Shown: positions 9,749-18,284 of the stretch, one piece after another | Layout: the number at the start of each line of letters is the position of its first letter | How positions within the stretch are numbered: the stretch's first letter is position 1 | Assembly (NCBI GenBank): GCA_964528035.1 | Contig: CAZGQY010000002.1 | Coordinates: forward strand, 4,531-68,530 | Reading direction: 5' to 3' | DNA from: an uncultured Methylococcaceae bacterium | GTDB lineage: Bacteria; Pseudomonadota; Gammaproteobacteria; Methylococcales; UBA1147 | Length of the DNA: 64,000 nt | The notes under the pieces: generated by a model | What the model was told of the DNA's origin: nothing | The model's input: the letters and a program-made list of their open reading frames with translations, nothing else | Database searches by the model: none | Translations under genes and position numbers: made by a program

Positions 9749-9800
9749 AGTGTCCACGAAAGTCGTGCTAGATCACGCACCTATTTCGCAGGCGTTAACC
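9743..9800 (+). other. Degenerate attC candidate
   Basis: GCCTAAA overlaps the stop codon and GCGTTAACC lies 58 bp later; inner arms pair poorly. Confidence 0.3.
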
Positions 9801-9845
9801 AATTCAATATAAGGCCCGCTGTCCGATTCAGGTTGACTCTTGCCT

Positions 9846-10020
9846 GTCGCGACTCTATCCCGTGACTGCCCGGAGTTAGTCCTTTCCAGTCAGACGAAAT
9901 ATTTAACCCATGATTCGAGCAGCTTGGAGACGATTGACCGGTTGTGCTCAAGTGCGGACGTTCGCGTATCGATGAAAGTCTTATTGCGACCGGCTACAGT
10001 CTGTGCCAAAAGCAGGCGTT
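9846..10020 (+). repeat. Cluster of short palindromic sites related to those flanking the recombinase
   Basis: 9846-9872 matches 6995-7021 at 23/27. 9936-9962 and 10000-10020 share TGTGC(T/C)..A..GC.G(A/G)CGT with 7754-7779. Confidence 0.6.
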
Positions 10021-10317
10021 CGTTAAAAATTCCCTATCTGTGTTCCTATAAGCAAAAAGCTAGACGCGCGCTCTAAGCCGTTGGGGCATTGGAAAGAAGT
10101 ATCACTGGCACTGAAAGAACATTTAGATTTTTAACGCCAGAGATTTCTTCAAAATGGGATTTGTTGCCAATTTGGCCAAATTCTATCGCGATCAAATTGA
10201 TATCGAATAAAAACAATTGTATCGTATCAATGACAAGACTTTTTCTAAAAATGAGCATGGGTTTTCGGTCTACAAATGGGGCTTAATGTAGACGAGGCGT
10301 CACTTAATTGCTGCGAC

Positions 10318-10593
10318 CGCTGCCGGCCAGGGAAAGTGAATACGAAGGCTGGTAGTCCCCGGGAGGCGTAGGTCATGTTGGATACCCGTCGTGCGGAGCG
10401 CCAGAGGGGATCCGAAATTACATCCGAAACGCCGTTCCGCCATTTGAGGCAGTCCTGGCGTAACGTTTATGAAGTACTATGTGGAGCCGTGACGAACGCA
10501 GGGCAGCCGGGGCTCAATGGTTGTCGCGTAGGCGAGTCGATTCTGGTTGACTCAGATGTCCCGAAATCTTTCAGGAGGTAGCGACTCGCTTAT
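10318..10593 (+). repeat. ~280-bp dispersed element, copy C
   Basis: Direct repeat of 2861-3136, 270/276 identical. Confidence 0.9.
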
Positions 10594-10813
10594 TCTTAGT
10601 TATGGGCTTTTAAATTTACCATCATGGCCGTTTCGGCACTTCATTTACGTTTCTTGCCATGGGCTGTCTATGGCCATGGGGTAACTGTTGTAAGTCTGAC
10701 GAGAAATTGAAAAGTATGGAATAATTTATTGACATAGTTCATATTATCGAGTCGAATCTCAAGGCCTATTCTTCCCGCTTTGATTTATTCACGACCAATG
10801 CTAAGATAGTGGC

Positions 10814-11161
10814 ATGCGGAAATTCTTGTCGGTACTTCTAATGGTTGCCATCTACTGGACGTCCACCTGGATGGTGACGGACATTCACGATGTTCTTTCA
10901 ACCGACGGTGATCAACCGCACCCGATTTTTTCCGTCTTTTCCACCGATCTCGGGACAATTCTTCAGTCAGATGCGGACGATACTTCCCCATCTGAATGCC
11001 AAGTATGCAGTTATGACCACGGTGGTCATTTTGGTCAAATGCTGACTGCAACCCCTCAAATTCTTAACTTCAATCCAATTTACGGAGAATCTGGTTCTTA
11101 TTATCCATCGAACTGGTTTTCCCTTACCCTGCCCCCAAAATACCGTCCGCCAATCACCTAA
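10814..11161 (+). CDS. Small exported Cys/His protein (DUF2946/CzcI-like) upstream of czcCBA
   Basis: Hydrophobic N-terminus, CQVCSYDHGGH, C-terminal PPKYRPPIT; typical position ahead of a metal RND operon. Confidence 0.65.
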   Translation: MRKFLSVLLMVAIYWTSTWMVTDIHDVLSTDGDQPHPIFSVFSTDLGTILQSDADDTSPSECQVCSYDHGGHFGQMLTATPQILNFNPIYGESGSYYPSNWFSLTLPPKYRPPIT

Positions 11162-11606
11162 CGGCGTCATTCTAAGGCTGTCTGTGCAGTAGTAGAAACG
11201 TGCAATTAGCGTTGTGTTTGGCAGGTCATAATCGGACAATCGACCTCGCACTGAATCCGAATGTTCCGGATACAGTCGGTCTGCGATTTAAATAGTTCCG
11301 ATTCACACTAAACTCCTGATGAAGATCTGATTTATTCGAAGATTTTCGCGATACCGGGATGATTCGCCAAAACCAATCAACTTAACGATTGATTTCATAC
11401 GCTTGACCGCGAAGGTTTCCTGTCCACACGACACTTCCGCCTCTCAGGGATTTGTTAATCTCCCTACGCACACTGCTTAGTCGGTAGAAATACGCCCTTT
11501 CAGATCGATCAATGGCCCTGCGTAGCAGGACAACTCTTCTGCACGATCTCGTTATTCTCAGGCAACCGCCTGGAAATTTGTTTGTATTAACCGATCGGAA
11601 TTTTTT

Positions 11607-13038
11607 ATGAGCGCTAAATATTTTTGCTTCCGTCAACCAGTTTCACCCGTCACCGGTTGTGGCATCTGTTTTCAAAACAACAATGTTTTAGGATTAACAC
11701 GACCTGGAAAATTATTCATTATTCTTTTCGGTTTCGCTTTGCAAGTCATAATTCCTGTAAACAGCGAACCGCTTAAACTCGAGTACACCTCGCCTCCATC
11801 GCCTGACATGCCGGCGAAATCAATCGAGATTAATGAACCCCGCGGGGAGTTATCGTTGGCTACGGCTTTGTCGCTGGCTTTGTCGCACAATCCAACACTA
11901 GCTGCTGCATCCCGAGAAATCCAAGTACAGGATGGAGTCGTCCAGCAAGCGGGACTTCTGCCTAACCCGGTATTCGGCGTATCGGCTCAGAACTTCGCAA
12001 ATTCAAGATTGCAGGGAGTTGACGGTGATGCGCTTAATTGGAGCCTTTCTCAAACTGTTCTGCTCGGCGGTAAGCGCGCCAAAGCGATCCGGGTCGCGGA
12101 GCTTGGTCGGGAGCTTTCCGTATGGGACTACGAAAGCAAACGAATGGATCTATTAGCCGAAGTTGTGCTGAGTTATATCGGTCTTGTAAAGGCTCAGCAG
12201 GGATTGAAACTTGCCGATGGCCTGGTAAAGCTTGCCGACCATATGATGGAGGCGGTCACTGTCCGTGTCAAAGTCGGCGAAACTTCACCAGTGGATGAGA
12301 CACGCGCCCGGGTAAGTCTGGCTTCCATACAAATCGAAAAGCAGCGCGCGGAGCGAGCATTGGCAACGGCGCGAAAACGGCTGGCGGCCACCTGGGGCAG
12401 TGCCTCTCCGGAATTTGAAGTTGCCCAAGGCCAACTGGAAACGGCAAAACCAATTCCTTCTTTCAGTGCTTTGATGGATCGCATTGCTCAAAACCCCCAA
12501 TCTTGCCCGCTGGGCCAGCGAGACGATTCAGAGACAGGCGTCCATTGATCTGGCTAGTAGCCGTGCGATTCCGAATCTGACGATCAGCCTCGGGGTTCAG
12601 CAATACCTAAAGACCGGTGACAATGCTTTAGGTGCGGGAATTTCGATACCCATACCCCTTTTCAACCGCAATCAGGGCAATATTCTCCAGGCCAACCGGC
12701 GTTTCGACAAAGCCCTGGATCGACAACGGGAAACTCAAGTTTTGGTCAGCACAACTCTGAATACAATCTATCAGCAATTTTCCGCTGACTACGCCGAGCT
12801 CAGCATTCTTGAAACAACGGTCCTGCCGGGTGCGCTAAGCGCCTTCGAGGCCGTGCAGGAAGGTTATCGCCGGGGCAGATTTAACCTGTTGAATGTACTC
12901 GATACACAGCGCACGCTGTTTGACGCCAAAATACAGCATCTAAGGGCTTTGGCAAGTTATCACCAATCGAGGATCAAGATACAGCGTTTGATCGGAGAGC
13001 CTCCTGAAACGGCGCAAAGCTTGGAGGTCAAAAATTGA
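11607..13038 (+). pseudogene. czcC: CzcC-like TolC outer-membrane factor split by a +1 frameshift
   Basis: ORFs 11607-12548 and 12484-13038 encode consecutive TolC halves. Removing one C from the C5 run at 12494-12498 restores RIAQNPNLARWASE. Confidence 0.85.
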
Positions 13039-14516
13039 AAAATCTACAAGCAGTTGCATGCCAGATGCTCAATATTCCATTCACGATGACAGTCGGTCAA
13101 AAATCAGGCGGCCTTCCATCGGAACCACCAGTGAGCTTTGGATCTTCAGTCAGAACAGATAAGCGAGTCGAAATCATGGATCATTTAGAAAGTAGCTTAA
13201 TAAGCCCCCTGATAGGCTTAATTCTTCTTATTCTTGTACCTATTCATGGGCAAACAAACCAACTGGATTACAAGAATTCTAATCCGACGATGCCAAATAA
13301 GGAACACGTGAACGAAATTGAGGAGCAACACGCACACGACAAACATGCTAACGAAAGCGGCAAAAACGCCCGTGAAGGCGAAAATCATAACGATCATGAT
13401 GTCGGTAAAGAAAAAATGGACCATGAAAACGAACAAGACGAGCATAACTCGCTCAAATTCAGTCCGGATGTACTTAAAGAGTTTGCCATCAAATTGGCAC
13501 AAGCGAATTCCGGGTCCATTAGGGAAACATCGCTCCTGTCGGGCGAAGTAGTTGTTGCTCCCGACAAGCTTTTTCACGTTATCCCTCTGGCGGCCGGCGT
13601 GGTCCGCAAAGTCTTCAAACAATTAGGTGACAGCGTCAAACAAGGCGATTTATTGGTAACGCTTTCCAGTCGGGAACTGGCTAATGCTAAAACAAAGCTC
13701 GTTGCTGCCAACAGCCTCTTGCGGTTAGCTGACGCGAGTCTGAAACGGGAGCGCGAACTGTATAAGAAAAAGGTCACGGCTAAACGGGAATATCTTGAAG
13801 CAAAACAGGCTCAAACTAAGGCGGCTATCGAGCTTAAATCAGCCAAACAAGGCCTTTTGGCCTTAGGGTTATCCATCCAGGATGTAGTTTCAGTCCTTCG
13901 TTCTAGTGGCGACGATTTGACGCGTTATGAACTTCGTTCTCCGGCAGAGGGCATCATCATTTATAAACACGCAGTTCATGGTGAAATTCTGAACACTGAA
14001 ATCAAAGCTTTCACTATCGCGGATCTGGATCGGGTATGGATTAATTTGACCGTTTATCAAAAGGATTTGCCTCTTATTCATAAAGGTCAGGCCGTACTGA
14101 TCTCTACACGCCATGGTTCGTCGGCGGAACAGTCAGAATTTCGCGGTGTTATCGATTGGATCAGCCCGACCCTTTCCGAATCCACCCGCAGCGGCACGGC
14201 GCGGGTCATACTTGATAATGTAAACAGGCGATGGCGTCCCGGGTTGTTCGTGAATGGAGCAGTTGTCATAGCTAAAACCGCAGCCAAAGTCGTCATTCCG
14301 CGAAGCGCATTGCAGAATATTGAAGACCGGACCGTGGTCTTCGTCCAGGAAGGCGACGAATTCGAGCTGCGGCCGGTACAACTGGGCCGAACAGACACCC
14401 ACCGGGTAGAAATCGTGCAAGGTCTTGAGTCGGGCGAAACCTTTGTCAGCAAAAATGCTTTTACTCTCAAAGCACAAATGTCAAAGAGTGCATTTGGCGG
14501 CGGACACTCGCATTAG
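13035..14516 (+). CDS. czcB: CzcB-type membrane fusion protein with His-rich N-terminus (likely start ATG 13176)
   Basis: GDSVKQGDLLVTLSSRELA, YELRSPAEG, LDNVNRRWRPGLFV; His/acidic tract; ends GGHSH. Confidence 0.9.
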   Translation: MKNLQAVACQMLNIPFTMTVGQKSGGLPSEPPVSFGSSVRTDKRVEIMDHLESSLISPLIGLILLILVPIHGQTNQLDYKNSNPTMPNKEHVNEIEEQHAHDKHANESGKNAREGENHNDHDVGKEKMDHENEQDEHNSLKFSPDVLKEFAIKLAQANSGSIRETSLLSGEVVVAPDKLFHVIPLAAGVVRKVFKQLGDSVKQGDLLVTLSSRELANAKTKLVAANSLLRLADASLKRERELYKKKVTAKREYLEAKQAQTKAAIELKSAKQGLLALGLSIQDVVSVLRSSGDDLTRYELRSPAEGIIIYKHAVHGEILNTEIKAFTIADLDRVWINLTVYQKDLPLIHKGQAVLISTRHGSSAEQSEFRGVIDWISPTLSESTRSGTARVILDNVNRRWRPGLFVNGAVVIAKTAAKVVIPRSALQNIEDRTVVFVQEGDEFELRPVQLGRTDTHRVEIVQGLESGETFVSKNAFTLKAQMSKSAFGGGHSH

Positions 14517-14536
14517 ATTTCGGGAGAATTTATAAC

Positions 14537-17500
14537 ATGATTGATAAAATAATTGCGTTTTCATTGCAAAGCCGAATGCTGGTGATCGCCATGGCGGTGC
14601 TGATTATGGCCGCTGGATATAGCAGCTACCAAAACCTTCCGGTGGATGCATTCCCCGACGTTTCTCCCAACCTGGTGCAAATATTTACGGTCACCGAAGG
14701 CTTGGCGCCGGAGGAAATCGAAATGTACGTCACGTACCCGGTGGAAGCGGCGATGACCGGGTTGCCAGGGATTCAAAAAATCCGTTCGGTCTCCAATTTC
14801 GGGCTATCGGTGGTCAATATTTATTTCGAAGACGATATGGACATTTACTTTGTCCGTCAACTGGTCAACGAACGCCTGCGAGAAGCCCGCGATCAGATCC
14901 CCGGAGGATTTGGTGAACCGGGGATGGGACCTATTTCCACCGGTATGGGCCTGGTGCTGTTTTACTATCTGAAAGATGACACGGGAAAATATACGTTGGA
15001 AGAACTCCGAACCTTTCAGGATTGGATCGTCAAATTCAATCTGCAAACCGTCAAGGGTGTGACCGAGGTACTCGGTATCGGCGGTTTCGAAAAACAGTTT
15101 CAGATTGTCGTACACCCGGAGTCTCTACTACGCTACGACGTGACCCTCAGCGATATTATTGATCGCGTTAAAGCCAATAATCTGAACGTCGGCGCTCAGT
15201 ACCTGGAAAAAAATGCTGAGCAGTTCATTATCCGCTCGGTCGGATTAGCGACGGGAATTCCCGATATCAACAACATCATTATTAAAACCGTGGATGGTCG
15301 TCCGGTTTATCTAAGGAGTATCGCCGATGTCAAAATCGGTGGCGCCATCCGCCGGGGTTTACAAACCCGCAATGGCGAGGGTGAAGTAGTCGCGGGCATG
15401 GCCATTAAACTTTTCGGTACCAACGCGTCGACCGTCATTGAGCGGGTGGAAAACCGGATCTCGGAAATCAATAAGAGCCTACCCGATGGCGTCAATATTG
15501 TGCCCTATTATCAGCAGAAGGATATCGTCGAAGCGGCGGTCAGCACAGTCAGGAGTGCTCTGATTCAAGGCATCGTCCTGGTGGCTTTAGTGCTTTTTGC
15601 GTTTATGGGCGGATTCCGGCCCAGTTTGGTAGTGGCCATGGCTATCCCGTTTTCGGTGCTTTTCGCCTTTATCGCCATGGGCCGGTTGGAAATGTCCGCC
15701 AACCTGATGTCACTGGGTGGCCTGGCCATCGCCATCGGCATGATGGTGGACGGTACTATTGTCATGGTGGAAAATGTCGACCGAATGCTGCGCGAAGCCG
15801 ATCCGAACGAACCCCGACTGCATGTCGTTGGCCGAGCCTGCCGGGAGGTTGGGCAACCGATTCTGTTCGCCATCTCCATCATCATTATCGTGTTTCTGCC
15901 GCTATTTACCCTGGAAGGTGTGGAAGGTAAGACCTTTCGGCCCCTCGCCTATACCGTCGCTCTGGCGATGCTGGGTTCTTTGATCTATGCGTTATTTTTA
16001 GCGCCAGTGTTTTCAGATCTGATCATGCGAAAGGAAAAGCCCCGCGCCGATGGCAAGCCGAACCTGGATGTGCGTATTCTTAATGCGATCCTTAAACCCT
16101 ACCGCCCGATGGTTGCTTATTTCGTTGACAACCGAAAAATGGCGATCGCGCTTTCGGGAGGGCTTTTTCTAATCGGCGCCGTGCTTTTTCCTTTTCTCGG
16201 CGCGGAATTTACCCCGAAACTGCGCGAAGGCACCATTGTTGTACGTCTCACCATGGCGCCATCCATCGCTATCACTGAAAGCAGACGCAACACCTTGATC
16301 GTTGAGCGTCGTTTGTTAAAGATCCCTGAAGTGATCGAAACCACTAGCCGCGTTGGCCGTGGGGAAGTTGGCGCCCATGCCGACCCGATCAATTCGGCGG
16401 AAATGTATGTGATCTTAAAGCCCAAGGACGAATGGCGACGCCCGGGCGATCAAGAGTTTATCGAAAATGAGATTCGAAACACGGTGAGCGAACTGCCGGG
16501 TATTACCGCTAACATTACCCAGCCCATCGAAATGACCGTTGATGAACTATTGGAAGGGGTGCGGGCCGAGTTGGCAATCAAACTGTTCGGCGACGATTTA
16601 GGCATCTTGAAAAAGAAAGCCGATGAAATCGCGGCCGTAGTTAGACAGGTGCGTGGCGCCGCCGATCTTCAGGTCGATCAGGTCTCCGGCACACCCCAAC
16701 TGGTGATTCGCCCGGATCGCCATGCTATTGCCCGCTACGGTTTGAATCTGGCCGATATCCAGGAAGTCATTCGAAGTGCGGTGGGTGGTGTCACCGCCGG
16801 TCAGGTTTTCGAAGGGATTCGCCGCTTCGATATCTATGTGCGCTATGAAACCGATGCACGCGATACCGCGGAAGCGATTCAAAACATTCTCATCACCGGA
16901 CCGGACGGTATCCGGGTGCCTCTTTCGCAATTGGCCACGGTCAAGGAAATCGTCGGTCCGCGTCAGATCACCCGCGAAAATAACCAGCGGTTTATTACCG
17001 TCCAGGCCAATGTGATCGATCGCGATATTGTTTCTTTCGTGGAAGAAGCGCAGCAGGCAATCGACGATAAAGTAAAGTTACCGCCGGGCTATCTAACCAC
17101 CTGGGGCGGGCAGTTTAGGTTGCAACAGGAAGCGAATAAGCGATTAGCGGTGGTCATTCCGGTGACTTTGTTGATCATTTCACTGCTGCTTTATACCAGT
17201 TTCAATTCGATTAAGAATGCTGCACTGATATTGTTAAATATCCCCTTAGCGCTAGTGGGCGGTATCATCGCTCTGTGGATCAGTGGGCAAAACCTGTCGG
17301 TGCCTTCTTCGGTAGGCTTTATCGCCCTGTTCGGCATTGCACTTGAAAACGGCATGGTGCTGGTTACTTATCTCAATCAACTGGTGCGTAACGGTATGCC
17401 GATCGATGAAGCCTCAATCAGTGGCGCTTGTCTCCGGGTACGGCCGGTATTGATGACAGCGGTAACTACAGCGCTGGGGCTTTTACCCCTATTGGCAGCG

Positions 17501-17668
17501 TCGGGGACCGGTAGCGAAGTCCAGCGTCCTCTTGCGACCGTTGTGGTTGGAGGTCTGGTCACATCGACTTTACTAACGCTGTTGGTCATTCCAGCGCTCT
17601 ATAAATGGTTCGCGCCAACCGCAGGGTTGAATCAGTCGTCGAATATTAATGAGGAGACACAAGGATGA
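14537..17668 (+). CDS. czcA: CzcA-type RND efflux transporter
   Basis: LPVDAFPDVSPNLVQIFT, GMMVDGTIVMVEN, RVRPVLMTA, GSEVQRPLATVVVGGL. Confidence 0.95.
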   Translation: MIDKIIAFSLQSRMLVIAMAVLIMAAGYSSYQNLPVDAFPDVSPNLVQIFTVTEGLAPEEIEMYVTYPVEAAMTGLPGIQKIRSVSNFGLSVVNIYFEDDMDIYFVRQLVNERLREARDQIPGGFGEPGMGPISTGMGLVLFYYLKDDTGKYTLEELRTFQDWIVKFNLQTVKGVTEVLGIGGFEKQFQIVVHPESLLRYDVTLSDIIDRVKANNLNVGAQYLEKNAEQFIIRSVGLATGIPDINNIIIKTVDGRPVYLRSIADVKIGGAIRRGLQTRNGEGEVVAGMAIKLFGTNASTVIERVENRISEINKSLPDGVNIVPYYQQKDIVEAAVSTVRSALIQGIVLVALVLFAFMGGFRPSLVVAMAIPFSVLFAFIAMGRLEMSANLMSLGGLAIAIGMMVDGTIVMVENVDRMLREADPNEPRLHVVGRACREVGQPILFAISIIIIVFLPLFTLEGVEGKTFRPLAYTVALAMLGSLIYALFLAPVFSDLIMRKEKPRADGKPNLDVRILNAILKPYRPMVAYFVDNRKMAIALSGGLFLIGAVLFPFLGAEFTPKLREGTIVVRLTMAPSIAITESRRNTLIVERRLLKIPEVIETTSRVGRGEVGAHADPINSAEMYVILKPKDEWRRPGDQEFIENEIRNTVSELPGITANITQPIEMTVDELLEGVRAELAIKLFGDDLGILKKKADEIAAVVRQVRGAADLQVDQVSGTPQLVIRPDRHAIARYGLNLADIQEVIRSAVGGVTAGQVFEGIRRFDIYVRYETDARDTAEAIQNILITGPDGIRVPLSQLATVKEIVGPRQITRENNQRFITVQANVIDRDIVSFVEEAQQAIDDKVKLPPGYLTTWGGQFRLQQEANKRLAVVIPVTLLIISLLLYTSFNSIKNAALILLNIPLALVGGIIALWISGQNLSVPSSVGFIALFGIALENGMVLVTYLNQLVRNGMPIDEASISGACLRVRPVLMTAVTTALGLLPLLAASGTGSEVQRPLATVVVGGLVTSTLLTLLVIPALYKWFAPTAGLNQSSNINEETQG

Positions 17669-18075
17669 AAAGAATTTATCTGGACCGAAGTGCTGTAACC
17701 GTGCTCTGGGTTATCCTGACACTATCTGCTTGCACTTTAATATCCACTGACCCAAGCCCAGAAAAACAGTTCGATATAGTCGCTGTACCCTCGGACCATG
17801 CCGTTCCTGAACGAATTATGGTAACCCCCACGGAATCCGGTTTTTTGATTACAGGCGTGGTACATAAAAAATCTCATGGTTCGGGCCACATTCGCGGTCA
17901 TGTGGATATCGAGTTGATTTCATCCAAGGGACTCGTGTTAGCGATCGGCAGTACGCGTTATTTTCACCCTGGTCGAAGAATATGGGCTTTTAAATTTTCC
18001 ATTGACATTAAAGTGGATAAGAATGAAGTCAAAAAGATTATAGTGACTCATCATGCTCCGACCAAAGAAAATTAG
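17665..18075 (+). CDS. Putative His-rich lipoprotein
   Basis: Lipobox-like LSAC after a hydrophobic stretch; HKKSHGSGHIRGH; start overlaps the czcA stop. Confidence 0.65.
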   Translation: MKRIYLDRSAVTVLWVILTLSACTLISTDPSPEKQFDIVAVPSDHAVPERIMVTPTESGFLITGVVHKKSHGSGHIRGHVDIELISSKGLVLAIGSTRYFHPGRRIWAFKFSIDIKVDKNEVKKIIVTHHAPTKEN

Positions 18076-18099
18076 TAAGCTTTTCGGGTAACGGCTCTC

Positions 18100-18205
18100 C
18101 CCTCTATGAGTGATCTGTTCCGAAAGACGCCGTAAATACATCCATGTAGGCTTGGATGCGGCTTCCCTGCCGCATACACTTTCTCCACAGATCACCCATA
18201 GAGGG
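18100..18205. repeat. REP/MITE-like palindromic element
   Basis: Terminal arms CCCTCTATGAGTGATCTGT / ACAGATCACCCATAGAGGG (18/19) around ACGCCGTAAATACATCCATGTAGGC...GCGGCTTCCCTGCCGC. Confidence 0.65.
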
Positions 18206-18284
18206 CGGTTTCGGAAGGGGGCTAGTAGTTACCTTTTCGAAATCAATGCATACCGAACGAATTTAAACGGATCAATGAGCAACC

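Noticed and set aside
10089-10286. 65-aa ORF as a further cassette
   Set aside because: Short, no motif, and no convincing flanking attC; probably a fragment.
13159-13170. 12-bp match ATAAGCGAGTCG to the end of the repeat element
   Set aside because: Homology does not extend on either side, so chance cannot be excluded.
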